From an uncultured Fibrobacterota bacterium (lineage in GTDB: Bacteria; Fibrobacterota; Chitinivibrionia; Chitinivibrionales; FEN-1185), in NCBI GenBank assembly GCA_963753345.1, contig CAVWBU010000035.1:96001-160000 (forward strand): a stretch of DNA of 64,000 nt, read 5' to 3'. Position 1 is the first letter of the stretch, and the number at the start of each line of letters is the position of its first letter. The position numbers and the translations under genes are program-made. This document shows positions 1 to 14,145 of this stretch, in pieces. Under the pieces are notes generated by a model. The model was not told the DNA's origin. It worked only from the letters and a program-made list of their open reading frames with translations, and searched no databases.

Positions 1-408
1 TCGCGCGGAGAGGTAGGTGAGCCGCGTGACGTCCATGTCGTCGAGCACCTCCACCCGGATGCCGGCGGCGATGTACACGCGGTCGAGAAAAGCGTCCCGG
101 TTTGCCGCCTCGCGCACGGCCGTGGTCGCCACGGCGCGGACCCGCTCCTCCTGGGAAACGCCGTATTCCTCGAGTACCCGTTTAAAGTTCTTGAGTGCAC
201 GCACACAGTCCTCGATGGTGCCTTTCTCGATGTTGCCTTTTGTGAAGGTGTCCTTGCCGAGGCTCACCGCCTGCTGGAGAAATTCGAGCGGAATCACCCT
301 GCCGCCGGCGTGGGGCTGGGCTATGGTCATGCGGATCGATGTGCTGCCGATGTCGATGACGGCGATGGCGGGCGAACTTGACGGAACGGGCGGAGACTTC
401 TTTTCCAT
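1..408 (-). CDS. ppx: Ppx/GppA family exopolyphosphatase, N-terminal part (runs off the window edge)
   Basis: Manual translation from ATG at 408: MEKKSPPVPSSSPAIAVIDIGSTSIRMTIAQ...VRAVATTAVREAANR, the typical Ppx/GppA DxGS and ATxAxREA motifs. Confidence 0.85.
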   Translation of the reverse strand, partial: MEKKSPPVPSSSPAIAVIDIGSTSIRMTIAQPHAGGRVIPLEFLQQAVSLGKDTFTKGNIEKGTIEDCVRALKNFKRVLEEYGVSQEERVRAVATTAVREAANRDAFLDRVYIAAGIRVEVLDDMDVTRLTYLSAR

Positions 409-489
409 AGGTATCAAATATAGTAAAGGAGAGGGAGGCGTGGAGGCATCATCATGAAGGCGAATGGGTGTCAGAAAAGAGAACAATAA

Positions 490-632
490 GGGGAAGCATC
501 CCCCTCGCTCCGGCCCGGCGCTCATATTTTCAAAGTTCATCTCATTCCGCACCGGTCCTGCGCTACCCCCTCCTGGGTGGCCGCCTTGACAATGCAGCTG
601 CGAGACCACGCACTGTTGTGGCGGCACCCACG
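490..632 (+). repeat. Intergenic structured repeat, solo module A
   Basis: GGGGAagcaTCCCC hairpin, variable stem, ctaccccctcctgggtggccgcc...ggcggcaccc; homologous to the other module A copies. Confidence 0.85.
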
Positions 633-640
633 AGCAGCAG

Positions 641-758
641 TTGAATAGCACAGCCCGCGCATTCCCCGCGACTTGGCGCGGGGTTAGCGGGCGAATATTT
701 GTTATTCTATTTCCTTAGCTATGGGAGAATCCCCGCCACTTGGGGCGGGGTTCTTCAA
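641..758. mobile_element. Small non-autonomous IS200/IS605-end-like (PATE/REP-like) element
   Basis: Bounded by TTGAA...TTCAA; two near-identical hairpins ccccgcg-acttgg-cgcgggg (664-683) and ccccgcc-acttgg-ggcgggg (731-750); related copy at 41701-41751. Confidence 0.5.
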
Positions 759-780
759 TGAAGATCAGGCAAAGTCAAGT

Positions 781-807
781 GTCATTGCGAGCGCAGCGAA
801 GCAATCT
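781..807. repeat. REP-like element, GTCATTGCGAG type
   Basis: gtcattgcgagcgcagcgaagcaatct; complementary-type half agatcgcttcgtcgcttcgctcctcgcaatgac at about 55974-56006. Confidence 0.6.
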
Positions 808-946
808 ACCGTTGAAATCATAGCTCATGATTTGAAGGAAAGGCACCTCTACGCCAACCAGCGACCTTGCCAGTGCCTACTTAAAGGGAACGCCTTGAAC
901 CTTTCTTGCTTATTCTGGAGGCACAAATGAACCAACGCATGATTCT

Positions 947-1717
947 GTGCGACTATTCAGAAGAGACTTGATGATGCCCGAATTGTTCCTTTCCCCTTTT
1001 CCGAATCCAAAGAGGCCGCTCATGCGATCCAAGTCCGTTGGAATCTCGATTATGATGATTCTGCTTTGCCTTTCCTTGTTTGCCGCCCCAAAGTCGCCGG
1101 TTGTTTTCAACAAGGAATACGCCAATTATGCTTGGGGGTATGTTCATTACGGCTGGCTCATCGATTCGGCGGGAAATATACGAAGCTACTCGTTTAACCA
1201 GGGTGACAGCATGGAAGTCCGGCTTCCGTATCCGAGTCAGGCGTATTTGGACAAGATGTTTTCTCTCAGCACGCCAACCGGAAAGAAAATTGCCGCGGAC
1301 ACAATGAGCGCCAAAACAGCGTTGCTTGCGTCCGCGGTCCAGGGTTTGGTGACGTACGCGGGCATGTGCGCGGATGCGGGAATAATGTCGTACGAAGGGA
1401 TTCTGTACGATTCCGCCCATTCAAGATACCAGAGAATAGTATGCTTCGAAGCAGGCGATCAGACCGCATGTAATTCTTCCCTTTCCGCAAAGCTGATCGC
1501 CAAATGGTTTATTTCCCTGGACTCCATACCCCCGAACTTCTGCTTGCCGCCGGATTCCTGCCTGAATACCACCGCTGTTGCGGGCAAGCCTTCTTTTCCC
1601 AAGGCCAGCGCCGCTCGTCTGAAGGCGCAAGCTGTCTACTATGTCAACGGTAAGAAGATTGCGGAAGCGGGAAAGAAACCTGTTGTGAAGACGAAAGCAG
1701 GGTTGATACAGCACTAG
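947..1717 (+). CDS. Secreted hypothetical protein with basic C-terminal sorting-like tail (true start probably about 1022-1055)
   Basis: Hydrophobic signal-like MMILLCLSLFAA; C-terminal VYYVNGKKI...K-rich segment. Confidence 0.65.
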   Translation: MRLFRRDLMMPELFLSPFPNPKRPLMRSKSVGISIMMILLCLSLFAAPKSPVVFNKEYANYAWGYVHYGWLIDSAGNIRSYSFNQGDSMEVRLPYPSQAYLDKMFSLSTPTGKKIAADTMSAKTALLASAVQGLVTYAGMCADAGIMSYEGILYDSAHSRYQRIVCFEAGDQTACNSSLSAKLIAKWFISLDSIPPNFCLPPDSCLNTTAVAGKPSFPKASAARLKAQAVYYVNGKKIAEAGKKPVVKTKAGLIQH

Positions 1718-1789
1718 AAGATTTCTGGATTAAGAGAAGAGTGTCAAGGGGGGGAAAGGCCAGCCTGTCTCAAAACTCAAGAGAAGATC

Positions 1790-2312
1790 TGGGCGCCCCG
1801 CCGAAGACGGCGGCGGTTCTCCTTCCGGTCCACCCCTTCGGGTGCTTCCAAGGGTCGTCGGCCTTCGGCCTCGGGCTGCCACGGCCCTATGGCCCAGAGG
1901 GCCGGGCCCGGGCAGCATCCCGCTCTAGCGGGACCTCCAGTCGCCCCTGGCGCAAATACCACTATTCGGGTATCACGTGGCTCTCACTATTCCGCTTGTG
2001 CAAGACCATATCTTCCGTAAGTTGTAAATGGTGCATACCGGGCACCGAGAAGAATTGCGGATTGAAGAGGAGAAAGTTCCTAACGGATTGCCTTGGAATT
2101 CCAGGTGGCGAAAAGATAAGATTGACTAATGATATTTCTTCTGCCGCGCGTTAGGTGGACCGGAGGGTGCGCTGGAGCGCATTGCCGCCTGACCCGGCCG
2201 AAGGACGGTTGGGACAGGCGGCAACGAGGCGAACAGCCGAGCCCGGAGGGAGACGACGCCACGAAGCACCCGAAGGGCCGTGGAACCGACCCCCGAAGCG
2301 GGGGAACGCCCA
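1790..2312. repeat. Inverted B/B pair of structured repeat modules (1790-1953 and 2106-2312)
   Basis: tgggcgcccc...ccccttcgggtgcttccaagg...ctccagtcgcccctggcgc faces ttctgccgcgcgttagg...ggggaacgccca. Confidence 0.85.
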
Positions 2313-2356
2313 ACGCTATTGTCTTTGCATTAGAAGAGAGACGCCCAATACTTTCT

Positions 2357-3117
2357 TTACTTCTTCTTTCCCGCCTTCCGAATCGCCGCCGCAATCTCTT
2401 TCATCGCGCCGATACCGCCTTTGGATTGCAGCAAATTTCCCGTCACGATGATGTCCGCGCCCGCGCGGATCTTTTCCATTGCGGTTGTCGCGTCCCGTAT
2501 GCCGCCGCCCACGATTACCGGGATGTCAACCGCCGAGCGCACCAGCGAGATCATCTCGTTGGGAACGGTGCTAAGTGCGCCGCTGCCCGCTTCGAGGTAG
2601 ACGAGCTTCATGCCCATGTACTGGGCGGCCAGCGCGTGGGCTGCCGCGATGTTCGGCTTGCTGCGCGGCAGCGGCCTGGTGTTGCTCATGAATTCGACCG
2701 AGGTCACGGTCCCGGACTCCACGAGCATGTAGGCCGTTGAAATCGGCTCGATGCCGAGTTGCTTGATAAGAGGCGCGGCCTTTACGTGCTCGCTGATGAG
2801 GTTGACCGGGTTTCTGCCCGAGATGAGGGAGAGGTACAGGAGCGCGTCGGCGTCGCCGGAAAGCTGGGTGGCGTCGCCGGGGAACAGGATAACCGGAATG
2901 CGGACCGACTTCTTGACCGATGCGACAAGCGGCGCGAACCGGTCGGTGCGGATGAGGCTGCCGCCGATGAGCAGGGCGTGGGCGCCCGCGGCCTCGGCCT
3001 GTTTCGCGATTGCGGCGCCTTCCTTGGGAGAAAAATCGTCGGGATCGAGAAGGACCCAGTAGGACGGGACCTTTGCGCCGGTTTTCTTCAGGATGGATTG
3101 CAATACGGAGTTTGATT

Positions 3118-3121
<4 letters not shown>
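2357..3121 (-). CDS. pcrB: Geranylgeranylglyceryl/heptaprenylglyceryl phosphate synthase (GGGPS, group II-like)
   Basis: LLDPD, IGGS, ILFPG, DALLYLSLISGRNP, YLEAGSGA, VGGGIR motifs. Confidence 0.9.
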
Positions 3122-5813
<2,692 letters not shown>

Positions 5814-5857
5814 TTAGATTCTGTTTCCTTTTTTTGATTCAATAAATAATAAAAAAT

Positions 5858-6290
5858 TGGGCGTTCCCCCGCTTTGCGGGGTCGGTCTCCCTCCGGGCTC
5901 GGCTGTTCGCCTCGTTGCCGGACCGCCCTATGCCTAGCGGCCGGGTCGGCCGGCAATTCGCTCTGGCTCACCCTCCGGTCCACCTAACGCAGTGGCAGAG
6001 GGGAATCTGTTCTGTCAAGATCATTTTTCGCGCCAACCCGGAGCTTCAGGCCGTCCGTCACGGCTTTTTGTTTCATCTATGAACAGCTAACCACCAACCG
6101 TCAACTCGCTTCGTCTTCCTGTTTCGCATTCAACTGTCGCTCGTGGGTGCCGCCACAACAATGCATGGTCTCGCAGCTGCTTTATCAAGGCGGACACCCA
6201 GGAGGGGGTAGCGAAAGACTGGCGCGTGGTTGATAGTATGCCGAATTTTTAAAACGCGCCAGGCTGGAGCGAGGGGGAGACTTCCCCCCA
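5858..6290 (-). repeat. A-spacer-B structured repeat unit between recA and alaS
   Basis: tgggcgttcccc...cacctaacgc (B) and gggtgccgcc...caggagggggtagcg...gggggagacttccccc (A, reverse). Confidence 0.9.
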
Positions 6291-6302
6291 TGAAACTCTA
6301 TT

Positions 6303-7376
<1,074 letters not shown>

Positions 7377-7857
7377 GAGGATTCTCCTTATTGCATGAAG
7401 TTATACTCAGCGAAAGGAATTGCGCACTCGAAATAAAGAATGTATGATATAGGAAAATACGAAATTGCATTGGACTGCAAGGGATATTTGTGGTTGAGCG
7501 GCGTGCAGAAATATCAGGTTTGTGCGAGAGCCGGCTTGGTCGCGGTCTCTGGATCAGGTAATGGCTTCCCGCTCATGCAGGGAAAAGTTTCTCTGTAATG
7601 ATAGAGGAATTGGGGAGGGGACACCTCAGGAACCGGGCCTTTTCGTCCAATCGCATGATAATAGAAAAGATACCGCATGCCAGGATTGAATTTTTGGGAT
7701 TTTCTGGGGCTGCAAGACCCCAGAGTTCCACCGGGATGAGAACGCGGGGGATTGATAATGCAATGATTTATATGAGCATAAGCCGGTTTGGCGTGTGCTT
7801 TGAATCATTTTTCCAGTGACGGAGAATAATATTATATTTTGGTAAAGGCGGTTTCCT

Positions 7858-8259
7858 ATGAAGAAGACAATTCTCTGCGTCCTTGCAACCGTTGCTGCAG
7901 GCATGTTCGCTCTTGTCAACGCTCAGAGTGCATCGTCGGGCGCTGCCTTCGATCAGACCAGGAGCATTGTTCAGGCGAACTACGACGAGCTCTACAGGTC
8001 CCTTCCGCAGGACCTCCGGACGCGAATACAAAGCGCCTCCGCGACAATTGATAATATCAGAATGATGTCCCCGCAGCAAACGGGCGATTACCTCACGACC
8101 GAGCGCGAAAGGTCCGACCAGTTCATCAGGTCGACGATTTCCACAATGATACTGACCGACGAGGCAAAGGCGCAGGTTGACGATGCCAGCAAGGAAACGT
8201 GCCAGCAGATCAGCGAGAGAATGACCGAACTCAAGGCGCGACGGGCGGCTCGAAAATAG
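7858..8259 (+). CDS. Secreted helical hypothetical protein
   Basis: Sec-type signal MKKTILCVLATVAAGMFALVNA; amphipathic helical body. Confidence 0.7.
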   Translation: MKKTILCVLATVAAGMFALVNAQSASSGAAFDQTRSIVQANYDELYRSLPQDLRTRIQSASATIDNIRMMSPQQTGDYLTTERERSDQFIRSTISTMILTDEAKAQVDDASKETCQQISERMTELKARRAARK

Positions 8260-8391
8260 TTTGGGAAAGAAGATCGGGATTGATGCAAACCCATTCGATA
8301 GAGGCGATGATGAAAAAAACAGGGGAAACGCCCCTGTTTTTTTTGGTTCCGAAAAAAACATCGGGCGATTGATTTTGTGGAGCCGGCAGGC

Positions 8392-9525
8392 ATGAGAATG
8401 TTCCCCCGCAGCATTGCATGCTTCATACTTTCGGTCTTCATTGTCCGGGCGGCGTGCGGTGACACGCTCGTTATTGCCGGGGTGGTGACGAGCGCAGGGG
8501 ATGCATCGGTGATCCGCAGCGCCCTGGTGACCGTTGCTCTGGCCGGCACCGCAGGGCCTGCTACCGTGGATTCCGCACGCACGGATGCGCTGGGAAGGTA
8601 TGCTATTGTCGCAGTCACCGCCGCCTCAATGGCCGCCATTACCGCAAGCGCCCAGGGATTTCAGGCAGCCCAGAACACGGTAGAAATTTCCTATCCGTCA
8701 AACAGGGTTCCGGACACCGTCCGCGCGGATTTCGCGTTGCATCCTCTAGGTTCCGCGCCCAGCGACACCACAACCATCAGCGGTACTGTTGCCGATTCAA
8801 TCACGCATCACCCGCTTGCCGGCGCGGCCGTCATCGCTCAGGGGTATGCGGGAATCGGCGGCGCGGCCGTAAGCGACACCGTGTGGACCGATTCGTCGGG
8901 CCGTTTTTTCATGCGGCTTTTTACGGCGAACCGCTATTATCCTTTGCTCGCAATTGAAAAGGACGGGTACCGGACACTCGATCGCCTGCTGCCTTCCGGG
9001 AGTCAAAACATAGAGCTTGACACGCTCCTCCTCGAAAAGTTTGAGGCGGGCGACAGCGTCACCTACGTGGTGAGCGGGACGGTGTCCGATTCCACGGGTG
9101 CGGGAATCCGCGGCGCCATCGTTTTGGTCCGGATAAGCAACGGCACCCTGCTGCTCTTTTCCGGAAAGGACACGACATCCCAGCTGGGAGGGTATTACAG
9201 CGTGACCGCACGGCGGCCGTATTATGCCGGCGCCGTCTCCCTGGAGGTTCACGTTGACAAAGACAGATATTTCTCGAAAGACACGGAGCAGGTCCTGCCT
9301 TCGAGCAGCGGGGGCGCGGTCATCAACATGGTGCTGTTTTCCACGCCCTTGTCGGTCCTCCGCTTGGTCAGGGCGCCCGTCCAGGGCGCCGCGCTTCGCC
9401 GAGCGTGTCTTTCGGTTGACGGACGGCTGCTCGGGCGGAACGCGCTGATGCCGGGCCTTGCAAGCGGCGTTGTTCTTTACAAAAGTGACGGCATGCCCGC
9501 ACAGGCTGTTGTGCGGTTGAAATAG
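8392..9525 (+). CDS. Secreted protein with tandem carboxypeptidase-regulatory-like (beta-sandwich) repeats
   Basis: Three repeats of IxGxVxD...GAxV...TDxxGxY/F; signal peptide; C-terminal LSVDGRL tail. Confidence 0.7.
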   Translation: MRMFPRSIACFILSVFIVRAACGDTLVIAGVVTSAGDASVIRSALVTVALAGTAGPATVDSARTDALGRYAIVAVTAASMAAITASAQGFQAAQNTVEISYPSNRVPDTVRADFALHPLGSAPSDTTTISGTVADSITHHPLAGAAVIAQGYAGIGGAAVSDTVWTDSSGRFFMRLFTANRYYPLLAIEKDGYRTLDRLLPSGSQNIELDTLLLEKFEAGDSVTYVVSGTVSDSTGAGIRGAIVLVRISNGTLLLFSGKDTTSQLGGYYSVTARRPYYAGAVSLEVHVDKDRYFSKDTEQVLPSSSGGAVINMVLFSTPLSVLRLVRAPVQGAALRRACLSVDGRLLGRNALMPGLASGVVLYKSDGMPAQAVVRLK

Positions 9526-9594
9526 GCCGTTGTCTCTCTACTGGGGACAGGTTAGTGGAAAAGCCGGACGGGGTCATGGCCTCTTCCGGCTTTT

Positions 9595-10140
9595 CTATTT
9601 GCGTCTGAGGTGCTCAAACAGCCTGGCATATTCGTCGGGGTGGGGGGCAAATGCGGGATCACCCGGCGTGGCAAGCGTTTCAAGTTCTCTAAAGTGAAGA
9701 AACATCGCCTCCGAAACCTCGGATGCCTGCAAGTGCAGCTCGCCGACAAGCAGATTCTTCCTTAGAAGATAGACGTTGTTGAATTCATTGTCGATAAATG
9801 TCCCCGAGCGCTGGATCGATGACGTTTGCAGGGTGAAAAGGCGGCTCATGTCGCTTCCCGCGGCGTGCACTCCGAGTTCCTGCCAAAGCTCCCTCTGCGC
9901 CGCAGCAACCGCGGATTCGCCGGCCGTGATGTGTCCTGCGGCGGACACGTCCCACAGCCCCGGAAACGATTCTCTGGAAAGCGACCGTTTCTGAAAAAGA
10001 AGCAGTCCCCTGCTGTTGACAATCCAGACATGGACCGTTTCGTGCCACAGGCCGAGACGGTGGACGTCGCTTCGGGGTTTTGCGACACCGAGCGGTCTGC
10101 CCGATGGGTCCACGATGTCGATGAATTCTTCGTCCATCAC
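9595..10140 (-). CDS. NUDIX hydrolase, IPP-isomerase-like
   Basis: HRLGLWHETVHVWI, FPGLWDVSAAGH, GESAVAAAQRELWQELG Nudix box. Confidence 0.85.
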   Translation of the reverse strand: MMDEEFIDIVDPSGRPLGVAKPRSDVHRLGLWHETVHVWIVNSRGLLLFQKRSLSRESFPGLWDVSAAGHITAGESAVAAAQRELWQELGVHAAGSDMSRLFTLQTSSIQRSGTFIDNEFNNVYLLRKNLLVGELHLQASEVSEAMFLHFRELETLATPGDPAFAPHPDEYARLFEHLRRK

Positions 10141-10883
10141 CGGAGGGGCTTATTGGAAACCACGAGGAGCGCGGGAACGTCGCCTTCGCCCGCGTAGGGG
10201 AGGGGGATGGACGCGGCCGGATAGGACCTGTTGTTGAGGAGGATCGTATCGCCTTTCACCTCGGAGATCGATTCCACGTTGTCCATGCCGATGACCGTTG
10301 ACCCTTTCTTGACAAGAACAGAATATCCGGGCCAGCAGGCAAGCCCGGCGCAGAAGTCCCTGCCGACGGCGATCCCGCCGCAGGCGAAAAACACGGCAGT
10401 GTCGAGGATGGTGAAACGCGCCTTTGCCTGCAGCGTGAGCACGTTCTCGCCTTTCACGTTGTCCATGACAAAGGCGGGAGCCGCGGCGAGGTTCCTTGCG
10501 GCCGAAAAGACGGTGCCGGTGTTCGCGGGAAAATGGCCGCAGGAAAGAATGACGTACTGTGAGTCCGTTATGGAAAGCACCGAAAGCGCCATGGGCCCGA
10601 GGTATTTCTGGGCAAGCTCGGTCACCTCGGGTGCGGAGCGGTCCTTGTCGACAAAGAGCTTCATGGAAAACTCCCTGTCTGCCGCGACGACGCCGGCGAA
10701 AGCGGCGATCTGGCCCGAAAGCAGGTCCATCCTCGACGTGAGCTGGCGGCCGACCGCCTGCTTCACAAACGCGAGTTCCGCGGAGGCCGCGGCCTGTTTG
10801 TCGGACTGGCCGCACCGGAGAAACAGGGCCGCAGGGACAAGCAGCGCCGCGCAGGCCGCGCGCACGGGAAGCCGCGACATCAT
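10137..10883 (-). CDS. Hypothetical exported or lipoprotein, possibly Cache-like domain
   Basis: Start MMSRLP overlaps the adk stop; hydrophobic N-terminus followed by Cys-Gly. Confidence 0.6.
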   Translation of the reverse strand: MMSRLPVRAACAALLVPAALFLRCGQSDKQAAASAELAFVKQAVGRQLTSRMDLLSGQIAAFAGVVAADREFSMKLFVDKDRSAPEVTELAQKYLGPMALSVLSITDSQYVILSCGHFPANTGTVFSAARNLAAAPAFVMDNVKGENVLTLQAKARFTILDTAVFFACGGIAVGRDFCAGLACWPGYSVLVKKGSTVIGMDNVESISEVKGDTILLNNRSYPAASIPLPYAGEGDVPALLVVSNKPLR

Positions 10884-11453
10884 GCAAAGACCTTTCGTAT
10901 CCTGGCGAAAACGTCGTCGATGGAGCCGATGCCGTCTATGTCCCGCACGATCCCCTGGGGCCGGTAATAGTTGATGCACGGCTCGCTCTGGCTCTTATAC
11001 GTATCGATGCGGTTCTGGATAACCTTCGGGTCCGCGTCGTCGGCGCGGCCTTCGATGGAGGCGCGCTTGAGCAGGCGGGTGCGGATTTCCTCGTCCCTGA
11101 TCGCGATGTTGATGATATGGTCGAGCTTCATCCCGAGCTCCGAAAGGATTTTGTCGAGCGCCTGCGCCTGCGGCACGCTGCGCGGAAAACCGTCGAGCAG
11201 AAAGCCGGCCTTCATGTCGGCTTTGCCGAGCCGGTCCTTTCACCATTGCGATGGTCACTTCGTCGGGCACGAGCTTGCCCTTGTTTGAAAAGAGCATTGC
11301 GGTCTTTCCGAGTTCGGTGTTGCCCTTGATGTTGACGCGGAACATGTCGCCGGTTGACACATGCGGAAGCGACAGCAGCTCAACCAGTTTTTTCGCCTGC
11401 GTGCCCTTGCCCGCGCCCGGAGGGCCGAAGAGGACGATGTTGTTGCCTGCCAT
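10880..11453 (-). CDS. adk: Adenylate kinase (short LID), one frameshift near 11240
   Basis: [25 protein letters not shown], then in the next frame [14 protein letters not shown]. Confidence 0.93.
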
Positions 11454-11568
11454 GATGAGAAAGCCTTTCTGTGGGGGTGGAATGGAAGATTTTCAAAATA
11501 ATTCAATGAAGGAAATGGGGGAGGTATTTAATGGGGCGACAAATACTAGAGAAAATCAAGAAATGATC

Positions 11569-11930
11569 GGGGGAGAAGTCTCTCCCCCGGCCTCGGCCGG
11601 CCCTGCCGTCCTTGGCACTCCCCTCTCAGGGGTGCACCCCTAGTGGATGCAGTGGCAAGAGTCAACTTCGGCTGGGGGGCACCCACGGGCGATAGTGGCA
11701 TGAGGAAATTACGGCTGTTTTCTTTGGTTCTTTGTTGCTTCTATAAGTTCTGGCGCAAGAAGAATACTTGACAAAACATATTCCTCTTGCCGCGCGTTAG
11801 GAGCGACTGGAGGCCGCGCCGGAGCGCGGTGCTGCCTGACCACGGCACGAAGTGCCCTCGTGGCAGGCAGCCCGAGGCCGAAGGCCGAGACCGGAAGGAG
11901 AACCGACCCCGCGTAGCGGGGGAACGCCCA
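11569..11930 (+). repeat. A-spacer-B structured repeat unit between divergent adk and amrS
   Basis: ggggagaagtctctcccc...ggggtgcacccc...ggggggcaccc; ttgccgcgcgttagg...ggggaacgccca. Confidence 0.85.
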
Positions 11931-12030
11931 GTTTTTTATCTTTATTGGTAATTTCCTCCCCTCGAAAACGAATAACTCCGTGGAAGGATCATGGAATTAT
12001 CTTTGTAATACAGGAATTAATTAAACCATC

Positions 12031-13125
12031 ATGATTACCAGACGAGACCTTCTCAAATCCTCCGCCGCGGTGGCGGGAATGTGCGCGGCGCCGGGGTGCT
12101 TTGCCAAGCCCGCGAGCGCGAGAAAAACCGCCCTGTACTGGCAGGCCATGGGCGAGAACGCGGTGGCGTGCGAGCTGTGCCCGCACCAGTGCGTCCTTCA
12201 GGACGGCAAGACAGGCATCTGCCGCACGCGCGAGAACGTGAAAGGCACGCTCGTCAACAACGCTTATGCCAACCCCTGCACCACCCACGTTGACCCGGTG
12301 GAAAAGAAACCGGTGTTCCATGTGCTTCCCGGCACCAAGGCATATTCGCTTGCCATTGCGGGCTGCAACCTGCGCTGCCTCAACTGCCAGAATTATACCA
12401 TCAGTCAACAATTCCCCAAAGACACCGAGACCATGTTCCTGCCGCCGGAAAAGGTTGTCGAAGAGGCAAAACGGGAAGGCTGCTCCTCCATTGCCTATAC
12501 CTATTCGGAGCCCATAACATGGTTCGAGTATGTGCTTGACACGTGCAAGCTGGCGAGAAAAGCCGGCCTCAAGAACATCCTGGTGACCGCGGGCTACATC
12601 AACGAGGCGCCGCTCAAGGAGCTTTCCGGGTACTTGGACGCGGCGACCATCGATCTGAAGGGCTTTAAAAACGAGACGTATCTCAAGCTGAATTCGGCGA
12701 AATTGCAGCCGGTGCTTGACGCCATAGCGAATGCCGTGAAATTCGGCATCTGGGTCGAAGTGTCTACCCTGGTTGTTCCCACCTACACCGACGATTTCGA
12801 CATGATCCGAAAAATGTGCGCCTGGCACAAACAGAACGTGGGCGCCGACGTGCCGCTGCATTTCCTGAGGTTCTTTCCGCTTTACAAACTGGAAAACCTT
12901 TATCCCACGCCCACCGACGTGCTGGTGAAGGCGAAGAAGATCGCGATTGAAGAGGGGATACAATTCGTCTACATAGGCAACGTGGCCGAGGTGGATTCCA
13001 GCACCTACTGCCCGTCATGCAAGAAAGCCCTTGTGGTGCGCGACGGCTACCTCATCAAAAAGATCGCGATCAGAAACGGGAAATGCGACAATTGCGGGAC
13101 CACGATCCGAGGGATCTGGTCTTAG
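12031..13125 (+). CDS. amrS: AmmeMemoRadiSam radical SAM enzyme with Tat-like leader
   Basis: CELCPHQC, DPVEKKP, GCNLRCLNCQNY (CxxxCxxC), YTYSEP; N-terminal TRRDLLK. Confidence 0.92.
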   Translation: MITRRDLLKSSAAVAGMCAAPGCFAKPASARKTALYWQAMGENAVACELCPHQCVLQDGKTGICRTRENVKGTLVNNAYANPCTTHVDPVEKKPVFHVLPGTKAYSLAIAGCNLRCLNCQNYTISQQFPKDTETMFLPPEKVVEEAKREGCSSIAYTYSEPITWFEYVLDTCKLARKAGLKNILVTAGYINEAPLKELSGYLDAATIDLKGFKNETYLKLNSAKLQPVLDAIANAVKFGIWVEVSTLVVPTYTDDFDMIRKMCAWHKQNVGADVPLHFLRFFPLYKLENLYPTPTDVLVKAKKIAIEEGIQFVYIGNVAEVDSSTYCPSCKKALVVRDGYLIKKIAIRNGKCDNCGTTIRGIWS

Positions 13126-13167
13126 CAGCCGCAGCGCTTTTCGCAAAAGCCGGGATTATATTTACCC

Positions 13168-14079
13168 ATGGATGTGCTTATGCCGTATCAGCGAAGCCCG
13201 AAAGTCACCGGCGTTCTGAGAGTGACCGTTTCCATCCTCGCGGGAGTGATGATCATGACTGCGGCATGCTCGGGTCAGGGACAGGACAGGGTGAGAAAGC
13301 CCGCGGTTGCGGGACAGTTCTATTCCGACAATCCGTCGGAACTGAGGCGGGACGTTGAATCGTACCTGTCGCACGGGAAGCAGCTCGCCTCGGCGCCGAA
13401 GATGCTCATCTGCCCTCACGCAGGCTATGTTTTTTCCGGGCCGGTGGCGGGCATCGGGTATGCGACGCTTGACAAAAACATCAAGACGGTTATCCTGCTC
13501 GGCCCGCCGCATCATGTTCCGGTGCGCGGCATTGCAACGGCCGGCGCAGACTGGTTCGAGACCCCGCTCGGCAGGGTGGCGGTCGACACGGATCGCGTGA
13601 AAAAGCTCCTTGCGAGTCGGCTTGCGTATGAGGACCCCGCCGCCCATGCTCCCGAGCACAGCGTTGAGGTGCAGGTGCCGTTTCTGCAGGTGCGGCTCGG
13701 ATCGTTCAAAATAGTGCCCCTGCTCGTTTACGACATCGACCCGCAGAAGGCTGCCGACGCCATTTTTCCGCTTATCGACGAATCCACCGTGGTGATCGCC
13801 TCGTCCGACCTTTCCCACTACCACAGCAGCAATGAGGCGAAGGCGATAGACCAGAGGACCATTGCCACGATCCTTGCAGGGAACGACCAGGGAGAGATTG
13901 ACGCATGCGGCGAGATGCCGATCCGCGTGGTGATACGGCTCGCGAAGATGATGTCGCTAACGCCGGTTCTCCTTGACGCCCGCAACTCATTCGAAACCGC
14001 TCCGGCGTTCGGTTCCGAAGACAGGGTGGTGGGATACGCCTCAATTGCATACGTAAAGAAGCCCGCCGGGAAGAAGTAG
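13168..14079 (+). CDS. amrB: AmmeMemoRadiSam protein B (MEMO1 family)
   Basis: RKPAVAGQFY, PHAGYVFSG, EHSVEVQVPFLQ, ASSDLSHY, ACG, VVGYAS. Confidence 0.92.
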   Translation: MDVLMPYQRSPKVTGVLRVTVSILAGVMIMTAACSGQGQDRVRKPAVAGQFYSDNPSELRRDVESYLSHGKQLASAPKMLICPHAGYVFSGPVAGIGYATLDKNIKTVILLGPPHHVPVRGIATAGADWFETPLGRVAVDTDRVKKLLASRLAYEDPAAHAPEHSVEVQVPFLQVRLGSFKIVPLLVYDIDPQKAADAIFPLIDESTVVIASSDLSHYHSSNEAKAIDQRTIATILAGNDQGEIDACGEMPIRVVIRLAKMMSLTPVLLDARNSFETAPAFGSEDRVVGYASIAYVKKPAGKK

Positions 14080-14145
14080 CAGTTTGTTGATGGAATCATG
14101 AACAACCTCACCGCAAAGGACGCAAAGACAAATTCGTGAAGGTCA

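Noticed and set aside
2106-2160. Conserved TTGAC in module B as a -35 promoter box or HEARO/omega RNA motif
   Set aside because: No -10 hexamer at 16-18 nt in the copies checked, and no IscB/HNH ORF follows
1730-2740. Short ORFs overlapping the repeat modules, here and at 32772-33296, 52754-53405 and 60837-61250
   Set aside because: They translate the non-coding repeats, and frames are not conserved between copies
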